A DNA stretch of 64,000 nucleotides from contig NC_087252.1 in the NCBI RefSeq assembly GCF_037042905.1, positions 6,884,001 to 6,948,000 on the forward strand. The letters run 5' to 3'. The stretch is from Lytechinus pictus. Taxonomy: Eukaryota. The first letter of the stretch is position 1. Every line of letters begins with the position of its first letter. Under the pieces are notes generated by a model. It ran no database searches. It had not been told where the DNA came from and worked only from the letters and a program-made list of their open reading frames with translations. The translations under genes and the position numbers were made by a program. Shown in pieces: positions 1 through 13,992 of this stretch.

Positions 1-737
1 CAAAAAAAGTTTGGAAATCTGACTTTCATCGATAATCCCTCCTCGGTTTTAGTGAATATTAATGGATAATTGATACTAATGGATAGATCATTCAATTATC
101 TTTAAAATGATACCTTAAATTATATTATTATGGTTCACACGGAGGTGCAGTTTCTTTTGTTTTCATGCACCTTAACATCAACATTAACATGGAATCAAAC
201 ACACCTCTGCAAAAGCAAACACATAAACAAAAAAACATGCATGGGTATTTTAAAACACGACTCAAACAATGCTATCTCACAGAACCATGACTACATAAGC
301 CACAACAAAACATCGAAAATTAAGAAACAGGGGCTTGATTTGAATGGATTTTAATCGCTATTGACACAGACAAAAGAATCATGTTCTGTATTGACCATTC
401 ATGACCATATCTGCTCGTTTTGCAGCCTTTTAATTCAGACCTCATCCAACACTTTTGAATCCTGCTCTTTTCATGATGTCATGATCATAACAAGCATGGT
501 ATCAATTTAAATACATAATGATCTTTTGAATGATATCAAATATAAATTGTGTAAAATTGGGATAAATTAATGGCCAAACTCAAATGTCCAAACTTTTGTG
601 ACGGGTATATTTAGAAATGTAATCCTGCTTACAATATATCAATCACTATGGCTTTTGTAGTGCACAATCTATCCGCCAAATATCTATGCTCCAGGCTTGA
701 TGACAATCCCCTCGTTTGATTTGCCCCATGCAGTGAG

Positions 738-1478
738 CATGGACCTATGAAGAGATGGACATTCATCGCTTACTTAATGAATTCACTAACAGGTGACTGT
801 AATTGTCCTCTGAATAACATTCTCTTCATACTAGTCTTCTTTGGTTCCATGATCGTCACCGTGAGAAGGGACGGAAGCAGTTCGTGACTGGACATTTATA
901 TTTCACAAATTATATGCGCAATAGACAACAAATCACTTAAATCATGGCAAATCGATGTGCAGTTCTTTTTTACCTTTGGTACTCTTAGTTCCATATGTTT
1001 TATTTGGGAGAAATGTCTGCATATTTTAATATAGAGGCAATTTTGTGATTGATTGTTTACCATTTAAACTTTAATTTTCCCAAGTTTCTCCATAATATTC
1101 CAGATATACGTGGTACATAACATATATAGATCGTGTATCTCTCAATGTTATTGAGGTCCTTATGTGTGAGCGGTAGTTAGCGGATCGAATGATATCATAT
1201 TTTATATCATAAAGATCGTCTGCTTCTCAAGTTTGCCGCTCCAAATATGAAGCATGTTGACTGAAAGGCTCATGCTAAAACAGGGTATCATCCAACAAAA
1301 ATCAAGACCGGGTAACTGTTCCGTCTTTAGGTAATCAGATACGCCTTGGTAGTCATGGTAATTGCTATTGTTACAACACCTGTATGTTCTCATTAAGATG
1401 TGCATAACCAAGCGACGGTGACTATCATTGGACCAAAGAAATGCTCGCGTTGATAGTCCATCTCTTCATAGGTCCATG
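738..1478. mobile_element. Non-autonomous TIR element, P-element-like (CAT termini, 7-bp TSD)
   Basis: Perfect 23-bp TIR CATGGACCTATGAAGAGATGGAC; TSD CAGTGAG at 731-737 and 1479-1485; empty site in copy B near 45227. Confidence 0.88.
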
Positions 1479-3545
1479 CAGTGAGTAACTTGCCTGCCTT
1501 CACACAAACCATATGTATAATATGAAATTTTAACAAAAGGCGTAACCTTAACTTTCTTTGATTGTATATACAAAGACAGGGGAGAAGTAAGTAATTCTAA
1601 GTAATAGGAGCATGTTGGAGGGATCACCCGCCCTCCCCCTCTAAATCTAAAATTTGATATATTCCATTCTCTCTTAAGGTAATGAACCAAATTTAGACAA
1701 CTAACGTATGGTGTACATTCTGATGGTATCATTATTTTTCATTATTTGTTGATAAATTTTCAGCTCGTGCACTTTGCTTTCTCAAATAACATCGAGTTGG
1801 AAAGTGACTTTTGATGCTCAATAGCCCACACTTATTCAATTCAGCATTTATTTCTAATTCATTAAAAATACAAGTTGATATCATGATCATGTACACGCAA
1901 AATCAGTGCCACTTCTTTTTGGACATACTGGACCACAGTCCCTTTTACTTGTTCTAATGTATTATTTGACCCTTCAAACCATAGTTTAAATACCACAATC
2001 TTATCTCTCAGGTGGATTTTTAACAAAGTATGTCAATTTTCTTAGTATCAGCAGTAAATTTAGACTATATTTTTTAAGCCATCTTGGATTTTTGGACATA
2101 CTGGACCACTGACTGTCTTTTTTAACTTGTCCTCATGTATTATTTTACCCTTCAAACCAACAACAAAATCATATTATCCCAGGCAAATGTCAAAAGTACA
2201 ATTTGTGATCAGTCATTTTAGAATCCATTTTTGAAACATTTTGGATTTTCGGACATACTTGACCACTGAAATTCAAGTAATGGTTGAATTGTGGATTTAT
2301 TGACGCCATTTTTTAGGTTTAGGTATCAGCTGGTCTACTTGTGTTTACTTAATTGTCTTTTTTTCTAAACAATAAATAACCCAAAACAGATGAAAGAATG
2401 ATAAAAGCACAAAATTGGGTGAAGGAAAAGAAGATTATCAAAGGTCAACATACCCTCCGTTGGATTCGAGGTTTGATCGTCTATTTCAGTTGGCGTTCAT
2501 TTCAAATAAGTTCGATCAAAGAAAACTAATATTTGATAGTGTTACATGTATGTCTTCTAAACTTTGGTTTATTGATGAAAAATGATAAATTTCATCAACT
2601 AATATCAAACAGTTTTTTCCCTGATGAGTTCATGATTAGTTTTATAATATTGTAAATTTTTCATTATATTGTTTTTATATGTGGTCTTTGTTGACCCAAT
2701 AAAACAAATATATACAAAAACAAATCTAAATAAAGTTGAAAAATATAAACCTGGTTTACATCAGTAATTACATTTGCAATGAAGTGTCTTAACCGAAGCA
2801 TAACACACCATATGCTTTACGGAGATTGACTGACAACGTTATCATGGTTATGATTCATAGTCAATGGTATATTTTGCAGGATTCTTTCATCTCGATCCCA
2901 TATAAAGTATTAGTTTTGTCTTGATGCCATTGTGATATTCAAATATGTAATATCCATTGAGTAATTATTTTGAGGAGGTGAAAAAGAGGATATGACCATC
3001 TGCATGATGTAATTTGAACTGAATGATGATTCTACGCACTGTTTGAAGACACTGAAATTTGTGAGATATTTCCTATTTTTGAGCACGCACCACGAGTGCC
3101 CAGTTGAGGCAGATACCAGCGTTATTTTAATACAAGAGCCCATCATTATCATAATCGTCATCATCAACAACAACAACAAATAAAATGTTGCCTATAATTC
3201 ACAATTTCGCGCAAATAATGTTATGAAATGATTTAAGTAGGGTTACATACCAGTTGTCGGGGGAGGATTGGTTGTTCCTGATATTGAAAACAACAAGAAT
3301 GTAAAAAAAAAAGAGTTATAATTAGATTAATAATTTTTACATGAAAAAAAAAATATCCATAGTCTCCCATTGAATGTAAGATTATTGACCAGAAATTAGC
3401 ACACCGCACAACCTTCCAATACGCCGTCTTGCTCACTGAGTTTGAGGAAGGTTGACATGGTTTGTAGAAAGCCACGATCAAAATCTCCATGTTGATTTTG
3501 AAATGGCAATTTCTATTTTTTATTAGAAAATAGATAACGAATGGA

Positions 3546-4655
3546 AACAAGTGGAATGCCTCTGGCCGTCTCACCTGCATCACGCGATTCAATATAGCAG
3601 CAGTGCTGATTTTGAAAACTACTGTAACTCGCACAAGATGTTCAGTGATACTTGGTTACTCTTATTTCCACGTTTATGAACTAGACCAATACACTTATAG
3701 AGATATGATGGCAATTCAACAAATACCCCCAACGTGGCCAAAGTTCTTTGACCTTACATGACCTTTGACCTTGATCATGTGACCTGAAACTCGCACAGGA
3801 TGTTCAGTGATACTTGATTAGTCTTATGTCCAAGTTTCAGGAGTCAGATCCATCAACTTTCAAAGTTATGATGGTAATTCAACAGATACCCCCATTATGG
3901 CCAAAGTTCATTGACCTTTGACCTTGGTCATGTGACCTAATATGTGCACAGGATGTTCAGTGATACTTGATTACTCTTATGTCCAAGTTTTATGAGCTAG
4001 ACCGACACACTTTCAAATTTATGGCTGTAATTCAACAAATACCCCAATTTGGCCAAAGTTCATTGACCCTAAATGACCTTTGACCTTGATCATGTGACCT
4101 GAAACTTGCACAGGATGTTCAGCAATACTTGATTACTATTATGTCCAAGTTTCATGAATCAGATCCATAAACTTTCAAAGTTATGATGGTAATTCAACAG
4201 ATACCCCCAATTCGGCAAAAGTTCATTGACCCTAAATGACCTTTGACCTTGGTCATGTGACGTGAAACTCATGCAGGATGTTCAGTGATACTTGATTAAC
4301 CTTATGTATAAGTTTCATGAACTAGGTCCATATCCTTTCTAAGTTATGATGACATTTCAAAAACTTAACCTTAGGTTAAGATTTTGATGTTGATTCCCCC
4401 AACATGGTCTAAGTTCATTGACCCTAAATGACCTTTTGACCTTTGTCATGTGACATGAAACTCAAGCAGGATGTTCAGTAATACTTGATTAACCTTATGG
4501 CTAAGTTCCATGAACTAGATCCATATACTTTCTAAGTTATGCTGTCATTTCAAAAACTTAACCTCAGGTTAAGATTTGATGTTGACGCCGCCGCCGCCGC
4601 CGCCGTCGGAAAAGCGGCGCCTATAGTCTCACTCTGCTATGCAGGTGAGACAAAA
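3546..4655 (-). mobile_element. Helentron/HINE (pearl/DINE-1-like) element with about 150-bp internal tandem repeats
   Basis: Subterminal inverted GTCTCACCTGCAT/ATGCAGGTGAGAC, short hairpin, (GCC)n microsatellite, repeated TGACCTTTGACCTT..CATGTGACCTGAAACT units, inserted in an A/T run; absent in copy B near 47790. Confidence 0.8.
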
Positions 4656-5186
4656 AATGGGATAGGGTGAATGTGATTGCTCTTTCTTCGCATTGTATAT
4701 ATGTACTAGCTTTTAAACAAAATGAGCCTCATGAATGCTTGTTATTGTCATTATTTTCTTTATCTCTTTTGTATCTTTTGTATTTTTTATTTTGGGCGAG
4801 GGGTCTATACAAAGGCAGTTTCCCCTACATACATGACATACACATACAAAACACTTATACACTTTACTGCACAGCAAAAAACATATTTACGAGCACACAA
4901 GCGTGCACCCACCCCGGCAAACCCTCACACACACGCACGTGCGCACACACAACCTTGCACTAAAAGCTGGTTTCTGGATATAAAAGAATCGACGGGAGGA
5001 AGGGCTTTGGGGCTATAAGAAAATACAAAACGTGCGGGGTCACAAGAAAATCCTAAACAAGAACAAACTTATCACATGGAAAGGTTGAAATCGTCAGCTT
5101 TATAAAACGGACTACAAAGAAAGATTTCTTAGGGTAAAGATAGGGTGATATTTGCGTCAGAATTTAGGCAAATTACATTTTCTTAC

Positions 5187-5459
5187 TTAGTTGTTCATAT
5201 GTCACTGCTGCACTAAGTGATGTATTTCCAAGGTAATTACCAGCCATACACGTGTACTCTGTTCCAGCTTCAGGATTTGAAACAGTGACATCCTTTACAT
5301 TATTCATTGATTCATGTATCAGGGTACCATTAGAGAATATATAGAAGTTTCTCATTGTTGGAAGAGGTTCATTCTGTGCAGTACATGTCACTCTGATTCT
5401 GTCTGTTCCCTCTGTTACATAATCAGCAGTGACAGTAGTACTAGCGGAAGATGGAGAGG
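5187..5459 (-). CDS. Copy A third Ig domain exon (intact); gene continues beyond the left edge
   Basis: 273 nt, open; RIRVTCTAQNEPLP...GTEYTCMAGNYLG; donor gtaaga. Confidence 0.9.
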
Positions 5460-7655
5460 CTATAGGTTGGAAAAGAAAAAAACTATTACAATGAAATAAT
5501 AAATAACAGAAAGCTGCCTTCCAATTAATATATCATTGTATAGTGAAATCTAGTACCAGCTGTCACTTAAATCAGGAGAAATCCCAATACACGAACAAAT
5601 AGAGGTATCCATTCCATATAAAGTGGTTTTAGAGGAAAGGGAAAAAAAATCAGACGAGTAGATAGGAGAACGTTTTTAGAAAAAAGGACAAACAATTAGA
5701 ATGTTATGAAGATTTGGTAATCACTATCCCCATGGATACTACGACCCGAATGGGGGCTTACATTGACGAGTGGATACCATGCGCGACCAAAAAACACGTA
5801 AAAATTATGTCTTTTTCAAGATAGGGCACGTTAATAAGGGTGTCAAAAACACTAACATTTTCGCTAGGAAAGCTACGTGTTTAGGGTCAAATTTGCGATG
5901 GTATAAAAAATTACGACTAAAAGGTTTTACAAAGGGTGTACTTTTTGCCCCAAGAGTCAACACTACAGTGCCGGCCGCAGGAAACGTCACGCCCGAGCAC
6001 GCAAACACCCTAGGGGGCTTTTGCGTCTAACCGAGGGTATTCAAGGGGAGCCCCCTAGGGTGTTTAGCCGCGCCCGCAGTTTCCTGCGTGCTATATAATA
6101 TTGGCCGTGCCCGCACTTATCCTCGGGTACCCTATGGTACGTACATTGCATTATGTTTACATGTGCATGTACTTTGGTTATGTTGTGATAGACCATTATA
6201 TTTTTATACTAGCGTGATCAGAATCTATTCTAGATTTTTTTTTTTTTTTAGATGTTATGTGTTTTCTTTTCTTTCATTTTTTCATTTCTGTTTTCCCTTT
6301 TAATTCTTTTCCCTTATTCCCTCTTTCCTTTCTTCCTTCCTTCATGTTTTCTTCTGTCTTTGTTTCTTTCAAATAATGAAGGAATTCTTTTTCTTTCTTT
6401 CTTTCTCTTTTCCTCCATTTTTCTTACTTTTCTCTTTTCTCTCCTTATGTTTTTTCTTTCACACATTTATTCATCTTCCCTTCCTTTATATTAATTCTTT
6501 CTTTCTTTATTCATTTCAAGTAATGACGGAAACTGTTATCTGTCTTTTATTCTTTCTTTCATCCTTTTATTCAAACTTTTTTCCTTTTAATTTTTCCTTA
6601 TTTTTTTCTTTCCTCTCAATTCATTTCTTGTTTCCTCATTTGTTTTCTCTTTTGTTTCTTCCGCTTACCCTCCCTTCCCCTTTCTTAATATATTTTGTTA
6701 ACAAGTCTAACATTGTGTAGCCTTTTTGTTGATTTTTTGGCCTGGCTCGGTCGATCCGATTGTACATAGTGCTTTGTCGATTGTCCCGTATTTAATTTTG
6801 TGAAATCTGGTCACCCTTGCTGGAACATCGAATTTATTGTTTTTCATTTACCGCAATGAATCTAATCAATTAATCTAATTTGATGCATTAGGTAAACTTA
6901 TTTTCCTTACGCCTTACGTGGGAGGCATACATGTATCATACAAACTTGTTAAAAAAAATAGGACACAATTGTGATTTAATGTCATGGAGATCAATTCTTT
7001 ATCTTTTTTTTTTCTCTCCAAACGTACCCATTCCTCTCCCTTCAGCGTGAACTTTACACCTTGAACCTTTAACCTTGAAGAATAATCCCTTTCAGCAGCT
7101 TCAAAGCTATCCCGGGATGAAAACATTCTGTGTATCAGTGCGAGGTGCCATGGTGAAGTGCCATCTCCTTATAATGAACAGTGTAAGAACTAGAAAACAT
7201 TTGAAATATTCTTCCTTGAGTTTTAACGGGGTGCACAGGGTGGAATCAGGAAAGAAGAAAGAAAGGCATATCAACAACAAAAAATAATTAAAATAGACAA
7301 AAGATTTTAATAAGCAGACATGATTTTTTTTTTAAATCAAAATTGACAAGTTATTAACAGAGTGAATGTTAACAAACATTAATGACAAACAGAATTATGA
7401 ATATCAAGGGCATTTGTGAATTCTCATTATGTAAAAGCAAACGTGCGGTCAATATTGGGATCGTCAATTCGTTGACATAGTTGATAAAACCCTAATAAAG
7501 GGAATGAAAGGTACGTGAAAACAAATACTAGTATGACCAAGATCATACAAAGTAGACGTGCAAAAAGCGAACACCATAAAAACTGGTTGTGCTCATCGAT
7601 TTGTTATTTGGTTCTTTTGTTATTGTCAACAGTCTGGTAGTCTTGCTCCCCGCCC

Positions 7656-8715
7656 GCGCGTTTCCGTTTTACACCCTGGCGAAGGCATTTTCCGGAAAAA
7701 TAGCCACAAAGCGACTAGTGAAGAGTCTACGTCTACGTTTGTTTACATAATCAGCTGGGCGCGCGATCCAAAAGTCCGCACCGAAGATATCCGCAGAACA
7801 TACGTGCAAATGCAGCTGAGTTTATAGACCAAAAGCTTCAGTCTCTGTATTTTGGTTGTTCCGCTGAACTATATACGTTGGCTCCATGATTTTTTTTTTT
7901 ACTTTATCGCACATGATCGTTTATATGAATGAAAACGAATAATAGCTAAAATATTGAAAAATAAAACACATAATTACTTTTTTTCATATTATATCTATCC
8001 TTATATCTATCATATCTGTCTATCCACTATCTATATTATAAATCAATCTATGGAACTACATGATATATCTATCTGTTAATTTGTCTATCTACTCTGTCTC
8101 TCTCATTCTCTCTCTACGCTCTCTACCTACCTATCTATCTGTCTATCTATTTATCCATCTAACATCCATCTCTCAAATTCTCTATCTATCCATCTGTCTC
8201 TCTTTTATTTCTCTCTATCCATCTATTAATCTACTCGTGCAATATCAACACTGCTTCGACTTCCTTCGGGAGTCTATTTCCTCAGCTCTACTTTTCCCGT
8301 TTTGTGCTCGATTCGATTCAATTACTACTTTATTTACTTGTTACCATTGTTAAATGTCTTGTATTGCATAATGAGTTTTTTTCTGAAGGTTGCCTCCTAT
8401 TCTCTTTCAAATTCCACCTCAGTTGCTTTCCCTTCTCTTTGTCTTATCCCAATTTCTTTCCCTTCTCTCACCTCTTTCCTCTTCTCTCTCCTCTTTCTTC
8501 TTAATCTTTCATTCCGCTTTTTTCTTCTTTGGTGACACTTTGTAGTACTTTTGGCCTTTTGTATTTATTTATGATACATTTCTTTTTCATTTGTATGAAT
8601 TTGTATTGTATTTGATATTTATTTATAATGTTTACTTTATATTTTGTATGTAAACATTCACTTATTTCAGTCTTTGACTGCTTGTGATTTTATTTTGATA
8701 GTTTTTATTGCAATA

Positions 8716-8760
<45 letters not shown>

Positions 8761-9424
8761 CAAATTCTCTCTATCTATCCATCTGTCTGTCTTTTTCTCT
8801 CTCTGTTTCTCTCTATCCGTCTATCTATCTCTCGAATTCTCTCTATCCATCTGTCTGTCTGTCTCTCAAATTCTCTCTCTCTCTATCTATCTATCCATCT
8901 GTCTGTCTATTTCTCTCTATCCGTCTATATATCTATCTTTCAAATTATATCTATATCTATCTATCTATCTATCTATGTATGTAACTACAGTATCTATCTA
9001 TCTGTTAATCTTCTCTGTCTCTCTCATTCTTTATCTATCTAACATCTATCTATCTCTCCCCCCCCCCCCTCTCTATCTATCCATCTGTCTTTCTCTAGTT
9101 CTCTCACTCTCTCTTTAATCTATCTATCTATCTTCTATCTATCTATATGTAACTGCAGTATCTATCTATCTGTTAATTTGTCGCTCTTCTCTGTCTCTCT
9201 CATTCTTTATCTATCTAACATCTATATATCTCTCAAATTCTCTATCTCTCTCTCTCTCTCTCTCTATTTATCCATCTGTCTGTCTTTTTTTCTCTCTCTC
9301 TATTTCTCTTTATCCGTCCATATATCTATATATCTATCTATCTATCTATAACATCTCTCCATCTCTCAAGTTCTCTCCCCCATCTATCTATCTATCCATC
9401 TCTCTGTCTTTCTCTCTCTCTACT

Positions 9425-9477
<53 letters not shown>

Positions 9478-9522
9478 ATATCCATCTCTCTGTCTTACTC
9501 TCTCTCTCTCTCACTCTCTACT

Positions 9523-9565
<43 letters not shown>

Positions 9566-9946
9566 ATATGTCTATATATCTATCTATCTATCTATGTCTC
9601 TATCAATTTATCAGTCTTCAATTTTCTTTCTATTATATGTATCTGTTTATTTTTATTTTGTCTGTCATTCGATTCATTTAGTTCATAATTTATAGAAAAA
9701 AAACTTTTTCATAACTTTTCATGAAAAAGTAACTGCAAAAGCATGTTCGTATTTCACTCATATGACTGCTCTCTGTACATGAAGTGCCGAGGAACTCTAT
9801 TCAGTAACTGTGCAGATTGCATGCGGTGGTGTGGGATTCGCCTGTGTCGCACGCTGCAACCAGCGACGTGTGTAGACTCTTCACTAGTCGCTTTGTGGCT
9901 ATTTTTGCGGAAAATGCCTTCGCCAGGGTGTAAAACGGAAACGCGC
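7656..9946. mobile_element. Mutator-like non-autonomous element (about 75-bp TIR, 9-bp TSD) filled with (TCTA)n
   Basis: TIR GCGCGTTTCCGTTTTACACCCTGGCGAAGGCATTTTCC...GAAGAGTCTAC near perfect; TSD TCCCCGCCC at 7647-7655 and 9947-9955. Confidence 0.9.
7990..9605. repeat. (TCTA)n/(TC)n/(TA)n microsatellite tract
   Basis: Directly visible, pure runs at about 9425-9475 and 9525-9560. Confidence 0.95.
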
Positions 9947-12534
9947 TCCCCGCCCACACCTTTGATCTCCTTTGATCACATCCGCTTCCCAATTTATGAC
10001 AGGATGTTCGTAGAAATGGGGGGGGGGGGATTAATTTGTTGATGCGTTAACAACAATAAATGAGGATGTTCTTTTCATTTCGGTTCAAATCGGGTCTCTA
10101 AAACCCTCACCCTATAAAAAGTATAAATTTACCTAAATGGAATAGATTTATCTTTTGGCTAAAACATCTGATTACATTACCTGCACTCTATTGCGGTTTT
10201 TAAGTTACATTGGTAGATATTCGAATTGGGAAGAGATGAAAGTGGTGGAAATAATAAATGAGAAGAAGGAAGAAATATACTTTGTTATATGAATTGGAAA
10301 TGATGAAACCAAGTCGCAACTTGGTATAATACAGAATTCAGTGTTATATGGCAGCTAAAAATAATAATACATGGCATTTGTAAAGCGCACTTTCCATCTT
10401 GATTGGATGCTCAATGCGCTTCAGAGCAAAGCAACCAAAGCTATTTACATAATGTAACTATTTAAAAAAATTCTAGCGCATTTAGCTTCAATGTTTAAAC
10501 ACATACCCTAGTAAAAGTATGTTTTCGAAAGCTACTATGAAGTAGTGTGTGGAATGGGTACTTAACGAGTTAATTATCACTTGCCGACAAAGCAAGAATT
10601 GAGCAGCTATACAAATCATTATTTTCTTTTGTTAAGAGTTTTGGTGGGTGCTCACGCAAACGCTAACTACCAAACCTAACAATTCTTTTGGGGGAACAAA
10701 GGAGTCAGTCAAGCCAAGTTAAAGAATGAAAGCCCCGTCCCGGTTCACCTTTATATAGTCGAAAATCCTTTTAATCATCACGCGTGAGCATTACTGAGTA
10801 AAACAAGTTTTATAACTAAGTACTGCAGAACTATATGGTATCCATATCACCATGAAACAATAAGCCCCCTCTATTTTCTCTTTCTCCCCTTTCCCCTTCG
10901 TTTCTTCGCTCCCTTCTGCTTCTCTCTTTTTCTATTTCCTTCTCATTTCCCTCCATCCCTTCCTATTTGCCTTTTTCTTTCATTTTTCTTTCTTCTTTCT
11001 TGAATGAGCGGATGTTAATTCGGGACAAGTTTTTAATTGATGCAACGAGAGCAGGAAATTGTGAGCATGGTGAGAGAAAATAATTACAAGATTGAGCGCA
11101 AGAATGTTCAATACTTGTCATCAGCGTAAAAATGGGCATATGCGAGTTACTATCGTATTTTCTGACATGAAAATCTGGACAAATTCCCAAATTTTTCTTC
11201 CCACTTTCTCTCTTTTCCTCTACTTTTTCTTAAGTCCCACTTCTATTGTCCCCACATTTTATTATGTCTCCCTTCTTCATTTTATTTAATTTCCCTCTCC
11301 TTATCATTCTCTCTTTCTCATTCTGTCCTTCCTTTTCTTCCTTTGTCTCTTCTTCTCCCCTTCGATTTTCAATCTATTTTCCTTTTCTCCTTCTCCCTCT
11401 TTTCTTTCTGCCTCACCTTCCCTTTTTTATCCCCTCTGTTTTCTTCTCCATTTTACCTTTTCCTTATTTCTTTTCTTTACCCCCTCTCCCTCTTTCTCCT
11501 CTTCGTCCTCCCCCCCCCCCCCCTCTATTTTCTCTTTCTCCCCTTTCCCCTTCTCTCACTTTTTCTATTTCTCTTATCTCTTTCCTTCTCGTCTTCAATC
11601 CATCACTTCATTTTCGCCTTTTCTTTCATTTTTGCTTTCTTCTTCTCCCTTTCATCTGCATCTCGTAGATCCGCGCCTGAAACGCATGTCAGGGTATATA
11701 AAAAAGGATGACCATGTAGGGAAAGAATAGAGTAAATAGTTCTAGGACGACCTCTGGAATGTAGGGTCAACATCGACAAATACCTGCTCCTTCGTCAGAA
11801 ACTCATTTACGATCACGACTAACCATGTCAGTGAATGAAATAACGGACACCACGGGAGAATATTCATATACATGTATAGGAAAGGACCCTTTACGCTGGT
11901 GCCAGTGTGTAATCGAACACTATAAGTAATTCGGTGAAAAGCCTAAAATCCCAGTTATCAACCCAAAACTTTGTAATTTTCATAACAGATTTTATCCACG
12001 ATAAATTATCGAAAACTTATGCTTGATATGAGATAAAAATCACATGCAGTCTTGAACGAATGTGTCAAATCAGACCTCCTCTTTCGACCAAGAATGCACG
12101 GCCGAACATCCTAGGGAAACACCCTAGGATAGACGCGGGCACTATCCTCGGGCGCTCCCCTAGGGCACTCATGTCCTAGGGGAGCGGACGCGGGCGTCTT
12201 CCCTCGTCCGCTCCCCTCAAATGTCCGCTACGGGCTACCGCGTTCGCCCTAGGAGGCATTCCCGACCTTTCGTTTGAGGACGCGCACGCTTATTTACGAC
12301 GGTAGTTGATTTTGGAAGAGACTTTTTGGGCCCGTCATCATGGTCGTAAAACTCTGTCCTACAATGCAAATTGTGTGACATGAGATTATTTTTTTCGTTT
12401 CGCATCTGCGACGGAAACATTCAATATGCGTTTCGTGTGCAAAATTCTGGTTGCTACTATGGTAACAGCGATATATCCGATTGAGGACGACTTTCCAAAG
12501 CCACATTTGACTCCTCCTAGAGCTCGAGAGGCCG

Positions 12535-12832
12535 CCCGGGGGGCCACTTCCGTTGATTAGTGGATACCAGGAGCGAACACGCGTTTAAGGGGACAGAGTG
12601 GGCAGGTACGTTACTTATAGGCCTATGTAACGTAATTAGAGTGTCAAAACGATGTTTAAAATGCTGAAAAAAGGGATATATATCTAATACTTGTAGGGTT
12701 TCACAAGCCAAATACTTGTTAAGAGATGCATTTTCATAATCTGGAAAAGAATTGCTTCCCTTGTTTAGGGTACTTTTCGAAACCTCATGGTCGTGCCTGG
12801 TATCCACTCATCAATGGAAGTGGTCCCCCCGG
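12535..12832. mobile_element. MITE of the same CCCGGGG family as 5745-13771
   Basis: CCCGGGGGGCCACTTCCGTTGATTAGTGGATACCAG ... CTGGTATCCACTCATCAATGGAAGTGGTCCCCCCGG; no TSD recognised. Confidence 0.75.
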
Positions 12833-13320
12833 AATTTGAATCTAATCCCCCATTTCTGGGGAAAGTAAAACATAATGCCCATTACATCGTGTGCGAGAGG
12901 CATATCGTTTGTGTAGAAGGAGTAAACAAAAGAAACAAAAGAAACAAAGAAACAAAAGAAACGAGTTCAAACGTATTGCATATGCTGTGCACATATCAAC
13001 GCGTGCGAATTTTCGGCTGGAGAGGTTGATCTGACCCATGAAATCAATTGCCAGTGATCCACCAATAATCCACATTAAATGTAATATCGATTCGATGGAC
13101 TGTAATGATCTACATCTAAGCCTTCATTCAGTAAGTTTTTCCTCACTCAATATGTACTCAATTTGTTTGAAAAACCACTTTCTTATCCATGTCATAATCT
13201 ATTTTAGGTCCTGCATTTCGAATATCTCCAGCCATCAGTCGTAATATACATGCATGTATGGTGGGTGTCGCGGAAAAGGATTTTGCACACGAAAAGCTGA
13301 TCTGTAGGGCCTGTAATAAC

Positions 13321-13450
13321 CCCCCTGTGACACAAAGCTTAGCATTGATTGTAGAGCAGTTTTCTACGTTTGATTCTATTGACTATAACGCACAATCAAT
13401 CTTAAAAATCAAGTGTATGATTAAGCGTTAACTTTTGTGTTAGGGGACCC
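13321..13450. mobile_element. Short MITE; related copy at 24601-24740
   Basis: Inverted ends ACACAAAGCTTAGC / CTTTTGTGTTAGGGGACCC; same architecture at 24601-24740. Confidence 0.6.
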
Positions 13451-13992
13451 TAATATTAGCGTCCGTGAGGACTGCGAAAGGTCCCAAGTTCTGTGACGTT
13501 TCCCGCGGCCGGCACTGTACGTGTCGTCAACCTACGACTGACGTCCGTGACATAACAATTGAAATATCGCTGTACTTGTATAAGGGTTCAATTCAGGGAA
13601 TACTTGCCAATAGTATCGTTTTGTTTCCAATACCTGTTAAGGGTAAGGTTTCACACGCCAATGCTTGATAAGGGGTGCGTTTTCAGAATATGGAAAATAC
13701 GTGTTTAGGGTGCTTTTCTAGACCACATGGTCGTGCATGGTATCCACTCGCCAATGGAAGTGGCCCCCGGGTACTACGAATTGGCCAGAGTAGTGATTTC
13801 ATAGTAATGTAAGGTAATGACAACTCGTCCATTCACTCCAGTAAATGAAATTGCTATTTCTTTCAAAAGTTTTACCTCACATTATATTATCATTTTAAGG
13901 ACATAACACAATATGCAACCTTTAATACATATGACTACTGCCTAAGGTCGCATGTAAGCGAATTAAAAAAAAACCCGACTATTCCTACTTAC

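Larger units (their letters stand above)
5966..13517. mobile_element. Tc1/mariner-like TIR element (TA TSD) nested in the previous element
   Basis: TA|CAGTGCCGGCCGCAGGAAACGTCAC ... GTGACGTTTCCCGCGGCCGGCACTG|TA; CCCTAGGG-rich patches at about 6005-6135 and 12105-12255; no transposase ORF seen. Confidence 0.8.
5745..13771. mobile_element. CCCG-terminal non-autonomous DNA element with 8-bp TSD, expanded to 8 kb by nested insertions
   Basis: TSD TACTACGA at 5737-5744 and 13772-13779; inverted ends CATTGACGAGTGGATACCATGCGCGACCA / TGGTCGTGCATGGTATCCACTCGCCAATG; absent in copy B. Confidence 0.85.

Noticed and set aside
5961..5970. CACTA transposon terminus (CACTACAG)
   Set aside because: Right end matches only from CAGTG with TA on both sides; better explained as a TA-TSD Tc1-like end.
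6088..11711. Phe/Leu/Ser-rich ORFs resembling membrane proteins
   Set aside because: Products of CT-rich and TCTA low-complexity DNA.
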